Assembly: GCA_977020255.1 (NCBI GenBank)
Contig: CDROCS010000641.1
Coordinates: 310,001 to 374,000, forward strand
Length of the DNA stretch: 64,000 bases
From: Obrimoposthia wandeli
Lineage: Eukaryota
Direction of reading: 5' to 3'
In this document: piece after piece, positions 13,130 through 26,183 of the stretch
Layout: each line of letters opens with the position of its first letter
Position numbering within the stretch: the stretch's first letter is position 1
Position numbers and translations under genes: made by a program
Notes under the pieces: generated by a model
The model's input: only the letters and a program-made list of their open reading frames with translations
Database searches by the model: none
Told to the model about the DNA's origin: nothing

Positions 13130-13517
13130 TGTTTATTTCAAGTTTTGATTTCGGTACTATTTTGTGTAGTGTTTATATAAAAATCTGGAGCTAATAGAAA
13201 AGTACAAAGTGAACTTCCTTATTTAAAATCAGAAAATTTGATACCAGCATTCAAGTTTTTATCTAAAAGATTCATATTTCGAATAATTAATAGCATATAT
13301 ACTAATGATTTTTTTTATTATTTAGACCATCTGTATTTCTAGCTAATGACATTGTTGAAACATTAAATGTATTGAACGTCGAATATGTAACTTTGTATTC
13401 CTTACCACCCTGGGGTGTAGCTTTGAAAGCAATCAAAATGAACTTTGGTAAACGATAGTCTCTGAATATTTGATATTTATTAATTTCCAAAGAACCCCGA
13501 GGAATTGAATATGTTAC
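13130..13517 (-). pseudogene. Polinton major capsid protein, C-terminal piece
   Basis: VTYSIPRGSLEINKYQIFRDYRLPKFILIAFK is near-identical to the MCP at 44296-45516. Confidence 0.93.
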
Positions 13518-13747
13518 TGTGGTGACCTTGTTCATTCTCTCTCCCTCTTTCGCCACTTTGTGTTTTTATGTGGGTGTTAATGTGTTGTAGTTCAATGTTG
13601 ACATAATTGTGGTGCAAAGCTATCATTTGTAATTTAATTATTAATTTACTAAATCAATAAATCGTTCGTCTTACCTACTCCTATAATTATCTTATCTTAT
13701 CCCTCTATTCGTTATCCTACAGTCTCTATCGCCCGCATACGCCCGCA
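13518..13747 (+). repeat. 5' LTR of the Gypsy element
   Basis: Begins TGTGG exactly where MCP homology stops, ends CA, contains AATAAA and is followed by a PBS. Confidence 0.8.
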
Positions 13748-13750
13748 AAC

Positions 13751-13762
13751 TGGTGTCAGAAG
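13751..13762 (+). promoter_or_regulatory. Primer-binding site, tRNA-Leu type (TGGTGTCAGAAG)
   Basis: Complementary to the 3' end ...CTTCTGACACCA of tRNA-Leu; lies 3 nt after the LTR. Confidence 0.75.
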
Positions 13763-16700
13763 GAATTCCAGAGCCACAACATTTGAAGTCAAAAGAAGAC
13801 AAAACACCTCAAATACAACCTCTAGTCAAACCAACATATCCAACAACTACAGCCAATTCAACCGCAACCACTACCAATCCACAATTCATTGGAATCTTCA
13901 ATTCGACTCTCCCACAGTTCCACCAACTACTCAGCCACGCCAGAGAAGCCAAACTCCCTCAACTCACATTCTACAGATCAATTACGAGCGAAGACACCAG
14001 CAAAATAATCCTAATTGCAATTGCAAGATCACAAATTCTCTACTCTACTCAACTCTACAAACCGTCAGGAGTAAAACAACATAACAAGCATCAATAATCC
14101 TCACTACAATATCCGACAATACATTGTCAAACTAAAAGTTTGTGAAGCTAACGCGCCAGAGAAACTCAATCAAACTCAATCAAACTCAATCCCAAAACAA
14201 ACAAATACAGCTATATTCAATTTCCAAGTTAGTCACCCGCTCTCAATTCTCCAAACCATACAAACACTGGTCCTACAAGTCCTGCTCCAACCCAAGGCAA
14301 CAAAGTGTTATCACTGGGGCCACAACATAACCTTCCCTAACCTAATATTTACATTATTTTTCACACATTATTCACACATTATTTTCACAACCACATAAAA
14401 TCCCAAAATGACACACAACAAAACAGCAACACCAGAATTTTTCTAGACAAAAATCACAGCCCTAATAAGTGGTTATGCCTCACCCAAACCACCTTAAATC
14501 AGTCAGGGATTCACAATCCAAAGCACATCACACACAAAATAATCTCATCATTACCCACCGATATACTCAATGACATAACACATGATCTCACCGACATTCA
14601 CAAACACACTTCACCCTTAGATTACATCAAACACATTTTAAACCAACACTACACTATAAATAAAAAACGATTTATTTGAAGATTTATTTAACTCACCCAT
14701 CACTTTCACAAAAACCCAGCCAGCTCTTAAACACATTAAAACTAAACTGGAACACATTCAACCCAACATCACACACGACACTCACAACTCACTACTTCAA
14801 GAAGTATTTTTCCGACAACTCCTACCCGACACAAAAAAATACTAACACTTTGGAAAACAAATCTTTAGAAGAACTGGCCACATCTGCAGACAAACTACAT
14901 GTATACAACCAACTACATGTATACAACCAACCCACCTCACAACAAACATTACACATACAAAGTAACCTAACAAACAAAAACAAGTCAGAAATAGACTATT
15001 TAAAAACGATCATACACCAATAGAACCAAACAATAACATCACTAACAGAAAAGATCGCCAAACTTACAACGACCTATACACAACACACCACCAACAGACA
15101 CAGATCACCATCACCCTATTAAGACAATAAATGACAATAAACGACAATACACTAATAACAGATACAGATCACCCTCTCCACACAATAACAAAAAGCAACC
15201 TAATCCAAACTACTGCTATTACCACAATACATACGGCATCAAAACCATCAAATGCGCCACACCTTGCACATACTCAAAAAACGACTAAAATCAACAGTTA
15301 GCACACCAATTACCGTTGATTCCTCCAACATATTCACGGTGCACTCAAAAATCCACAACATCCATTTCCTCATAGACACTGTCTCTTCAGTATCTATAAT
15401 CCCATACACCATCACGCCAACACCAAGACAACACACCTCACCTATCACACTCATGGCAGCAAACCACACAGCAATAATACCTTTCAGTACGACTAACCTA
15501 ACAATAACCCTAAACAACATCCGCTACAAATGGAATTTTGTCATAGCATACATAATAGAGCCGATCATCGGAGCTGACTTTCTAGTTAATTTCAACCTAA
15601 TCATCGACTGCAAAAACAAAACACTAATACGAAACAAAACACCAGTTCATACAAACCCCCCACCCATACAACAAACTGGACAATACATAGCCAAAACGTA
15701 TTAGGCACAATATACACAAAAACAGACGCGATCAAAACACTACTATCAACTATACCACTCCAAAAACAAAACAACTTCTCTCAAAAAAATCATTACCAAC
15801 GGACGACCATGCCACGCCAAAGTAATGCAACTTCCACCAGATAAGCTAGCAGCCGCAAAAACAAACATTCACTGATTTAGAAAACAAGGCATTATTCAAA
15901 AATCCAACTCACCTTGGTCATCAGCTCTCATGATGCAACAAAAAAGATCAAACATGGAGATGCTGCGGAGACTACAGAATATTGAAGGCTAAGACGACAC
16001 TAGAATCGTATCCACTTCCACTCATAAGAGACATCACCACACGCCTAATTCACGCAACAATTTTCAGATCTCACATCAGCCTACCACAACATTCCTATGC
16101 ACACAGAGGATATCAACAAAACAGCAATCATCACACCATTCGGACTTTATGAATACACCAAGATTCCATTCGGTCTAAAAAATTCCACTGCCACGTTCCA
16201 AAGGTTCATGGATCACATATTCACAAACACAAACAACATTGTATCATACATAGACGACATCCTAATAGGGAGCAATAACTACACCGATCACATCAAAGAC
16301 ATACAAAAAGTAAAAGACATACTACAAATCACAATCTCCAGATCAACACCAAAAATGCCTTTATCACCAAGCACAAATATAATTCCTAGGACATACCATA
16401 TCACATAACCAAATCAAACCCCTACCAAACAAGACAAACACGATAAACAACATGCCAATACCAACACGGTCAAAGAAATTAGAAGCTTCCTAGGAATGGT
16501 GAATTTTTACCACAGACACAAACAAACTGCGCAGGAACACTAGCCCCTCTACACGACCTAATCAAAAACACGCACAAACAAGCAAAGATCACACTATCCG
16601 AAATTGTCATAAAACATTTCAATACAGCCAAACAAGCACTCACAGACGCTACAACATTAAATTTCCCAATTTCAAACGCGCCACTTATGCTCACCACAGA

Positions 16701-18163
16701 CACTTCAAATCATGCAATAGGAGCAGTTTTAAATCAAACAACAGAAACCACACAACAACCAATTCTTCTCAAAGAAACTGAAAGTACACCAGACCAAATA
16801 CTCAACATACGATAGAGAATTACTGACCATATACGAGGCACTAAAACACTTCGAAACACATCTAGAAGGCAACACTTTCACAATTTACACAGATCATAAA
16901 CCTCTTCTGCACATCATCACCATAAAAACCCTTGCCACGCCAAATCAGGCCAATCAACTACATCTCGCAATTAAATTGTACTCTCAAACACATTGCAGGA
17001 AACACAAGCATCATAGCAGACACACTTTCACGCATACCACAAAACAATATACATCATAACGCAAAATATCTTCTCAGACGCAGACATCAGACACAAACAA
17101 GACATATCCGAATTCAAACGAGGAAACTTACATCTCACAAAAACAAACGACATATGGTACGAAACCACTCCCCCCGGTTTAACTAGAGTCATACTCCCAA
17201 AACCACTACGTACGACATGCATAAAACACATCCACGACTTCCATCACCCCGGCATAAAAGCAACATTCGACATAATCAAACAAACTTACATATGGCCATG
17301 CATGCGCAAAGACATCCAAACATTCATAATAAAATGCATCAAATGCAACAACAAATCACAAAAACATTACAAAATAATTCCACTCACCGTCACTAGCAAA
17401 AACGTATTCTACACAATTCACATTGATCTTGTCGGACCACAACATTCAAACACACATCTCCTGACAATAATAGACAATAACACAAGCTGGTTTTCCGCCA
17501 TACCCATACCCATCCGCATATATATGGAACAAAATATACAAACATTGGTTCACCACATACGTTTTCCCTTCAAAAATAATCACAGATCAGTGACGGCAAT
17601 TCATCAGCAAAACATTCAATGACTGCTGCAACAATAAAAACATCAAACACACAACCACAACCACTTACAACCCCCAATCAAATTGCAAAATAGAACGACT
17701 ACACTGTCGAATTAAGGAAAGTTTGACATGTTTTGACAACCAAAAGAATTGGCAACACACATTCACAACTGCATCATGGGTCTCAGAAACACCCCTCACC
17801 TAGACGACAACAAAAGCCCTGCACATCGAATATTCAAAGCACACATACCACGCATATACAACAAACACGACACGCAAACAAACACACAAATGAAACCCAA
17901 ATCTAGTGAACATGAAACCCACTCACAAGCATACATAAAAATACACAACCCTCACTCACTAGACCCAAAATACGAGGGTCCATACACCATCATCCGACAC
18001 AACACCAACAATACAACGCTCATTAACAAAAACCAAAAGCCAACGCTCATCAATAACAGAAATTTGAAAATCACCCACCCAGAGAAACACAAAAACATAC
18101 CACAAACACACAAACACAAGACAGTAAAATTCACCACCGAAATACGTCTGACAAACATCACTC

Positions 18164-18776
18164 ATCAGTACCATCTTCATTTACAACTTTTAATTTAATA
18201 TTTAGCAAAGTATCTTTCAAATCCAGATAATCTTCTTCAGATGCATGAATATTAAATTCTATATCATTTAAATTTCCACCAGTAATTGAATTGATTTGAA
18301 TTATTTCTTCTAAACTTGAATTTTCAATCACTTCTTGTGACAATGGTCTATCGAAAATACACAATTCAGATTTTATACTAGTCATTTTGGAAAATAGTAC
18401 CTTTAAGACGTTTGTTTATACTATTTAAATTATTTCCTTTACGTTTAAGACCCTTTCCATTTTGTTTAACACAATTTGCAACTTTATTTAAACTCTCAAA
18501 AGCATTATTTTTTAATTTTAGAATCAAAGTTTTGACTTCGTTTAGTGTATTTTCTTTGAGAGGTGAAATTAAGTTTTTTGGATTTGTTAACGCAGTTCCT
18601 GTCATTTCACCAAGTACATTAGCAGAACTTGTAGCAACTGCTAAACCAACATTTTTAATGAATGGAATAGCTAATCTAGAAATAGTTTGTAACAATCCAG
18701 AGCCATATTGTTTACCAATGAAATAAGGAAGTTCGCCGCCCTGTAGACTTTTGCTATAAAATTTCATATCACTCAA
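18164..18776 (-). pseudogene. MCP N-terminus plus upstream core-like ORF of the decayed lineage A copy
   Basis: MTSIKSELCIFDRP and KFYSKSLQGGELPYFIGKQYGSG are near-identical to 43898-44520. Confidence 0.95.
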
Positions 18777-18799
18777 AAACTACTATGTAGAATATTCAG

Positions 18800-19035
18800 T
18801 ATATGCAGTTCAATATAAATATTTCTCTGAAGTTTGAGGTATACAAGAAATTTCCCTTGAATGTAATATACCAAACGCGTATTTAAGTATATGATGCAAA
18901 TCATATCCTTTGAGATTATGAAACACGATGAGAATGCGTGGTTTCTTAAAGAGTCGACGGCCAAGATTACAAATGTTGCCCACCGCTCTCAAGTATCACC
19001 CCGTAACATGATCGTGGTCTCTGAATAACTTAGAC
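18800..19035 (-). pseudogene. Protein-primed DNA polymerase B (Polinton type) fragment
   Basis: FRDHDHVTG*YLRAVGNICNL...LIVFHNLKGYDLHHILK...ISCIPQTSEKY matches the RDHCHxTGxYRGxAHxxCNL and FHNLxGYD (ExoII) motifs. Confidence 0.85.
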
Positions 19036-20101
19036 TGGAAACCATACAAATAAGAAAATCCACTAGAATTAGAATTAAAATTATTCCAGTCTATGCCAAA
19101 AATGATCATTGCTTGATGAGCATTAAGATCATACCACAGTTTAACAATATTGGTTCTTAACTCCTCTAATTCGAATAAGGCTATATTTTAATTGGGGCCT
19201 AATAACAGGGAGCATGGAGAACAGGAGTCACACCGTCTTATTTATCGATGAATGGAGTCAGATCCTTCTGTGTCGGCGGCATGAAACTCGTATCATTCGC
19301 TGTCGGTTCTTCGAAGAGGTGCTTGTCAGAATCAGGAACGAAGATTGTCTCCGACTGAGACAACGGTATCAACTTCCCCGTGCGTTTCATATCCGCCTTG
19401 ATATTATCGAAGATATTGCTTGGTCTTCTTGCTGCTTCAGCCGAAGTTGATAGATATCTAATGGATCACCCTTAACTCAACTGGATAATACTGCAAGTAG
19501 TTTCAAAATTTAATATCAAAGTTCAATCAATTTACCAGGCGCATTGTAAGCAGCTCTCACAGATTTCAAATGAAACTGAGATTGAATACATTATCTTTAT
19601 CAGATGGAGTAACATAAAACAGTTAATATTAGTAGGTGAATGTGTCCGGTCTAATCCACACCCCCTCCCCCCTCTGTCCTTTAAAACCGTGAATGTGTGT
19701 GGAGTGAAATTTTCTACCCCCTGTCCTTTAAAACCGTGTATGTGTGTCGAGTGAAATTTCGTGCATCTGTGTGGAGTCAAATTTCATGTATGTCACCATT
19801 CCACCCAAAGGGCGAAGGAAGGGGAGTACCCCCCACCACAATTTTTTAAAATTTTACTGCGAATCTCAAAAGTGGTTAGAGAAGACCACGGGAATCCATA
19901 TTGGCCCCGGCGGCTTATCGCAGACGAGATTTTAAATAATATATTACTACTATTTTTAAGAAAGATTTTAGATTAATAAATTACTACATGTTAAATATCT
20001 ATGTCAGTTTAAGAATTTATAGGATAAAAAATCGGTCAGATTTATATAATTTAGAGAAGATAAAACAAAATACGAGACAAAATTATTTTTTAAAATATTT
20101 A

Positions 20102-20410
20102 TTAAACATAAAACAACATATTGGCTTCACTCAAAGTCCAAAGAGGCTGCATTTTCCTGTCATCAGCAAAATATCCATTGAGATGTATTGAGATATTCCA
20201 TAGTTCTTCATCTAGAATTGGAGCAATCAAATATCCTAGATCATCTTTAAAATCCAGACCGGGATCAGTTTCAAGCTCGAAACAATTTCCTTCATATACA
20301 TAATCAGGAATGTAAAATCCCAAAATATTTTTCAATTGATCAAAATCAGATGTTGTTAAAATTTCGATGAGATATTTATTCTCCACTTTTGATATTTTCA
20401 CAGGATTCAT
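20102..20410 (-). CDS. Unknown 102-aa protein of lineage B left arm
   Basis: Clean ATG-to-stop ORF. A homologous 3' part recurs at 28660-28800 at the same position relative to the TIR. Confidence 0.6.
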   Translation of the reverse strand: MNPVKISKVENKYLIEILTTSDFDQLKNILGFYIPDYVYEGNCFELETDPGLDFKDDLGYLIAPILDEELWNISIHLNGYFADDRKMQPLWTLSEANMLFYV

Positions 20411-20659
20411 AACTCGTATAATTTGATGCCTCTTTAATATATTACATAGTTTTCCTTTTGAAATTCTTTCTGGATAAAATTCTCTTATCTCTTATCCATT
20501 CTAAAATAAGGAAACTGATTAAAAACAATGTTTATAAAAAATACACATAAGATACATATAAGATACAAATATTTAAAAAATAAAACTGATTATTAAATGA
20601 AAGAAACATAGTAAAACCGATTACAATTTATTACACGCAAAAGTTAAAACATATAAATA

Positions 20660-21210
20660 TGAGCACGTTCAATTTTCCACATAGGCAACTTTGTGGTGGA
20701 AGAGGGGAAAGCGGGTTAACCAAAACAGAAGTTTGTAAGTTGAAGGGAATACAATTTATTGAAGGATTTGATGCAAATTGGTGTTAAAGATTGAAAAAAG
20801 AAGATGTAATAATAATTGATGATTTGTATCAGGAAGCTAACAAGGAATCAGACTTTAATAATTTATTTACGAAGATAGCAAGACATCGTGAAGTAACAGT
20901 TATATTTATCACTCAAAATCTTTTTCACCAAGGATATCACCATAGAACAAGAAATCTTAATGTACATTACTTAGTTTTATTTAAAAATCCTAGAGATCAA
21001 ACAGTTGTTGATTTCGTGGCCAGACAGGCATTTCCCCAAAATAAGAACTTTTTAGTTGATTCATTCCACGATGCTGTTAAACAAGCACATTGGTATATAT
21101 TTATTGACTTTACACAAGCTTGCCCAGATGATTTACGTGTTTTAACCGACATATTTAATTCTAAGGGAGTAACTGTTTATAAACAAATAGAGAACAATCA
21201 TAAAAGATAA
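20660..21210 (+). pseudogene. Packaging ATPase (lineage B), Walker A region deleted
   Basis: DVIIIDDL, ARHREVTVIFITQNLF and HYLVLFKNPRD are present; no GxxGxGKT remains upstream. Confidence 0.9.
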
Positions 21211-21225
21211 ATTTATAATGCCTTT

Positions 21226-21717
21226 TAAGAAGTTGATAGTAAAACGTAAAGCAAAGCCTAAGAAATCAAAAAAATGAATCATTAAGAAAAAAGACGTGAA
21301 TAAATTAATCAAATCTGTTGTTAGAAATAAAAGAAAACTTAAATGGCTTCGAATATAAACAATATTCAAATTGAACCTTTTTATTAAAATAAAGAAAATA
21401 CAAAGAGCATACCCTATTTTAAAGATTTGGTCAAAGCCTCTTCTCATAAGAGAATGATTATTATTAAAGCATTTCCATCTTTTGTTGTAGATGATTTATT
21501 GGAAGTTTTGTATAATATAGTTTTGGGTCGAGTAAAAATTGGAAAACGAAAAAATGTATTAAAAAAATATAGAAAAACTCTTCTAGATATTGCTAATGTC
21601 AACAGTAAAAAAAGGAAACGAAATATTATTCTTAAACATAATGGTGGTTTCATAGGAGCTGTTATTGCAGTTGTTGCTTCAATTATCATTAGTATTATAG
21701 CTGCGACTTGTACATAA
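21226..21717 (+). pseudogene. Basic core-like protein with C-terminal GGF-hydrophobic tail (lineage B)
   Basis: KHNGGFIGAVIAVVASIII; homologous to 40711-41121; frameshifted. Confidence 0.75.
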
Positions 21718-21803
21718 ACAATTATTTCAAAAATCACCTAAAGATATGGGTGCTAACCCTTCTTTACCTAAATTTAAATTTTCTTTCTATTCAAATTGTT
21801 GTA

Positions 21804-22709
21804 ATGGAGAAGATATGGTTCAATCCAAAAGATCCAATTGGCTACACAGGATTTTCAAAATTAGCAAAAAGAACAAAACAGAATTACAAGAAAACGCAGA
21901 AATGGCTGAGCGATCAGTTAGCCTACAGTCTGAACAAGCCGATGAGAAGAAGGTTTCCAACTAGAGCTTACAAAACCAGCGCTCCTAATAATTTATGGCA
22001 AATGGATTTGATGGAGATGATCCCATATTCTTCCATTAATAATGGATATCGATATATTTTAACATGTATTGATGTATTTAGCAGGTTTGCTCGTGCAATT
22101 CCAGTTAAAGCAAAGTCTTCAATAGCTATGCTTGAAGCCATTAAAAAAATATTAAAAGAGGACATTCCACAAAATGTGCAAACTGATTTAGGAAAAGAAT
22201 TTTATAATAAGCAAGTTCAATCATTATTTAAACAAATAATATAAATCACTACTCTGTGTTTTCACAATACAAAGCAGCAGTAGTAGAAAAATTTAATCGT
22301 ACTTTAAGAGATCGAATAAAAAAGTATTTCACAAAAGAAGGAAATAAAAAATGGATCCAAGTTTTACTTAAAATAATGCATGCATACAATCTCTCTGAAC
22401 ATAGAGGTCTCAAAGGAATGAGACCTGTTGATGTAACTAATAAAAAGTCTATGGATATTTGGATGGACAGGAATAAAAAAGAAAATATAATAGAGTAATC
22501 CAATAATGTATACTATTAAAGATGCTGACAATAATATCGTTCACGGTAAATTTTACGAGAAAGAACTACAAGTAATATCAAATAAACCTAGCGTTTTCCG
22601 AATTCAAAAAATATTAAAATCTAAGGGTACCGGTAAACATAAACAATACTTTGTTAAATGTAATGGTTATTCAGACCTAACTTGGATATCAGCATCTAAT
22701 ATAATATGA
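21804..22709 (+). pseudogene. Retroviral-like integrase with chromodomain (lineage B), frameshifted
   Basis: WQMDL, QTDLGKEF, VVEKFNRTL; C-terminal FRIQKIL...QYFVK. Confidence 0.93.
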
Positions 22710-24000
22710 AGTCTATGTATATGGTTTTACCTAATAACGGATGTCCGAAGACTCAACCAAATAATTACACTAGTAGCTTTATTATCGATTGGGAAAATCC
22801 TATAAATCTCCAAGGAGAATGGGAAGCGGCTTTAACAGATTTCTTTTTTATTATTCTCCAATTAATATCAGAAAAAACTCACATATTTCGTTTACAAAAG
22901 AAGTTGATCATGAAAAAACAACTGAAGTTGTGATCGGGTTTGATAGTAAAGGAAAATTCTATTACAATTGTATAGATAAAGAAGTGAAAGTAATATTTGA
23001 AAATAACAAAGTCCGATTTAAAAATCGATTAAAATATCTTCAAGTTATTAAAATTAACTTCGAATCTAAAAAATAAGTTCTTCAATTCAGTTTTGATAGT
23101 GGACATGTAGTAGGTATGAAGAGATCTGATATAGCCTCATCTAAATCTTTTAAAAATGTTCCTGGTAGAGTAGCAAGAGTGTTTTTAGTTGAAACGAGAC
23201 CAAAGAATGTAGTGGAACTGAAAATGTTTTCAAAAGATTATAAAATAGATAGTGAAGTGAATTTATGTAAATTAATACAAAAGGAATGTAGTGAATATTT
23301 CGATAAATGTGTAACATTAAAAAATGGTAAATTGATGTTTACAGTAAAGAGCAATGTAAACCGGGTTTCGTTTGATGATAAACTCGCTAAAAACCTCGGT
23401 TTAAATAGAAATACCTTTGAAACCCATACAATAAAAACCATAAAAGCTAAAAATAAGGTAAAACATTTAAATGCTGTTAATCATTTATATATTTATACTC
23501 ATTTAATAGAACCAACGCTTCTAGGAGGACTGCGAGTTCCACGTTTGATAACAATATGGATATCTCAAAATCAAACTAAAGATGGGGACGCTGTTGATAT
23601 GTGTATAGATCAACAAATGTATCTTCCAGTTTTTCTTTTTTCTATAAACAATATTGAAGTAAATATTAGAGATGATTCCGGACAACTAATAGATTTCAGG
23701 TACGGGGCCAAGACAAGTTTAACAATACATTTAAGAAAACAAAATTTGAATCCGGCAATAATTGAAGCTTATAGTCAAAGCCAACAAGGTGGAGAATTAC
23801 CATATTTTGTTGGTAAACAATATGAATCTGGCTGGCTTAGAACATTATGTAGATTTGCCTTTCCTCTTTTAAAGAGACTCGGGCGATTTTATCAAAATAA
23901 AGAAAAGATTACCTTTCATCTAATGACAATAAACTAATATCAACTTTTAAGAAGCATGCACTTAAAGAAACTTGACTGTACAATTTTGGAGGGTATAATG
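22706..24000 (+). pseudogene. Minor capsid (penton-like) plus core-like ORF (lineage B), disrupted
   Basis: MYMVLPNNGCPKTQPNN, LYIYTHLIE, SINNIEVNIRDDSGQLIDFRYGAKTSLTIHLRK, then QQGGELPYFVGKQY. Confidence 0.85.
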
Positions 24001-24139
24001 TAAGAAAAACTAGCCTTTTGAATGTATCTGGATATAAATACTTAAAAGGACATTTTTTTCGCCCCTATATATGTTAAGTTAGGATTTATCTACCAAAGAA
24101 ATAACAAAATAATTTCCTAGACAAATAATATATTCTCTT

Positions 24140-24480
24140 AACAAATATAAATGTAAATTCTGCTTTCAAATATAATTTGCGATTCTGTCTCCAAATATAA
24201 CTGGTATATTAATTTAAATTGTAAATTCTGCTTTCAAATATAATTTGCGATTTTTTCAAATATAAATGTAAATTCTGTTTTCAAATTTATATTGTAAATT
24301 CTGCTTTCAAATATAAATTGTAAATTCTGCTTTCAAATATAATTTGTAAATTCTGCTTTTAAATATAAATTGCAAATTTTGTAAATTCTGTCTCCAAATA
24401 TAACTGGTATATCAATTTAAAGTGTAAATTCTGCTTTCAAATAATAATTTGCAATTCTGTCTCTAAATATAACTGCGATT
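24140..24480. repeat. Degenerate tandem array of about 26 bp (TGTAAATTCTGCTTTCAAATATAATT)
   Basis: About 10 visible imperfect copies. Confidence 0.9.
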
Positions 24481-24936
24481 CAGATTAATTTAGTATTACT
24501 TTTTGGTTCTGAATTTTTGTAATAGCGATTTGTTTTTATACTGAAAAAATAATAAATCAGTGCCAATTAACAGGCCGGAAGTCTATGCATTTAGTCTCTC
24601 GCACCAGTCGATCCCCGGCACGTAAACACACTGAGGCAGCGTATCTGGGCAGAGAAAAAGAATATATTAATCTCACACACATACAGACATATACTTCATC
24701 CATAGTGAATGAGCAGTGAGTTGAAAAGATTTGAGTACTAGTGAGTGAGTAGGTGTATGCAATTTCTGTAGCGTGTGTGTATGTGTGTGTTGAATTGTGC
24801 ACTTGCACACACCAACACCACATGTCGACGATATTCGTCGGTATATGAAAAGGGAGAAATCTTTCCTTCTTTTTTCTGTCTATCATTGTTATCTCTGGCT
24901 TCGCGGAATCCACTGCGAAGTCAAAGATAACAAGCC

Positions 24937-24987
24937 ATCTCCCTGAAGAGCCCGGCAGTGCGAAACGGGTTTTTTCCCGTCGGAGAT
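24937..24987 (+). ncRNA. Type I hammerhead ribozyme
   Basis: Stem I ATCTCC/GGAGAT; core CTGAAGA; stem II GCCC-GGCA-GTGC (one mismatch); GAAA; stem III CGGG/CCCG; GTC cleavage site after 24981. Confidence 0.85.
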
Positions 24988-25959
24988 TGATCACTCCAAA
25001 CCAAAATGCCAAAGTGCCTATTTTATTTAATCAGAACATTTCCCTAATTAAGGAAAGTTCTTAATAAATTCATTAATTAATTAATTCCCATTTTTTCTTA
25101 ATTTTATATCTTTTATTTTTTAATAAATATTTAAGATTTTCCCAACATATATATATGTATTGCTCGTAAAACCACCGCGGGCCCGAAGGGCACGCGTTGG
25201 CCCTTAGATGGCCTCTTAGGCAGTTTCTCACTCTGGGAGAGCACTATGATATTTTCAATTTTACAGGGTGTTATATGGTTAATTCGTTTTTTTGAGTGTT
25301 GGGGGGGTAGAAAATTTCACTTCACACACATGCACGAAATTTCACTCCACACACATGCACGGTTTTAAAGGACAGTGGTACCCCCCGGAGGGGAGGAGGG
25401 TGGATTAGACCAAACACATCCACCTCCTAGCAGTGAAAATGATTATTTTGATTATTTTTTGTGTAACGCTTTCTGTACTCTTCTTAGTTAAAAGTGCATA
25501 ACTCTTCCTATATACTGCAGACAGCAATATCGCCATGTTAAATACTCTTGAGAAATTGTCTGTTAAAATTCCCATATCTATTGAAAGACAAAAACCTTTT
25601 TTATAAAACATTAGTCTGAATTCACATAAATTACCATGGTTTGGATCAAATTCACTAATTGTATTTGCCCTCCCAATGACTCAGTATTTATATTGACTAA
25701 ATTGTACTTTCAAGCTGGTAATTTGGTAAGAAATTAAACTGATGTCACTACAGAGAAATGCTATCGCTATTTGTTGAAATAAATAATCAAAGTGAAGGCA
25801 CAGAAACTTCGCTATTAACTTAGAATCGCTTTTGCACTGTTAAACTTATTATAAGTCATTGTTATTGTGTACCATTATTGTAACGATATTTAGTAACGGA
25901 GCAGAGAAATTTCAGTGACAATTAACTCAAGTGAGCAATTAATTGAGAAAGCGATTTCA

Positions 25960-26183
25960 AGGTCTCATTGATTTTGCTTGCAAAATATCTGGTGAGTATG
26001 AATGAACATTGGGAAAATATGGAGCTACCAGAAGTTTTCTTTAAAACTAATTCAGAAATAAAATATGCCCAAGATTTTCTTAAAGAAGCTGCGGAACGAT
26101 CTAAACTATATGGAGAATGGAAATTGGAATTTACAAGTAAACTTTCAAAAATAAAAACTGATATTGAGTACTATGGATTGTAA
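25960..26183 (+). pseudogene. Possible DNA-transposase C-terminal relic
   Basis: EAAERSKLYGEW resembles a NDxAERxVKL-type motif; very short. Confidence 0.25.

Larger units (their letters stand above)
13518..18163 (+). mobile_element. Decayed Ty3/Gypsy LTR retrotransposon inserted in MCP, 3' end lost
   Basis: Domain order is protease (FLIDTVSSVSII), RT (TPFGLYEY, PFGLKN, YIDDILI), RNase H (TDTSNHAIGAVL, YDRELL, TDHKPL), integrase (HH-CC zinc finger, IHIDLVGP). MCP resumes at 18164 with about 0.5 kb of MCP and the 3' LTR missing. Confidence 0.95.
19631..25428 (+). mobile_element. Decayed Polinton-like element, sister lineage B
   Basis: Starts AGTAGGTGAATGTGTCCGGTCTAATCCAC, with a diverged inverted copy at about 25290-25428. 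Gene order ATPase, GGF protein, integrase, minor capsid, core-like ORF is the same as lineage A. MCP and protease are missing and no TSD was found. Confidence 0.85.

Noticed and set aside
17952-18180. Hydrophobic minus-strand ORFs in the Gypsy and other short track ORFs
   Set aside because: Antisense shadows produced by compositional skew or repeats; no motifs.
19625-25434. TSD for the lineage B element
   Set aside because: Flanks AATATT and AGCAGT do not match and the ends are diverged, so they may come from different insertions.
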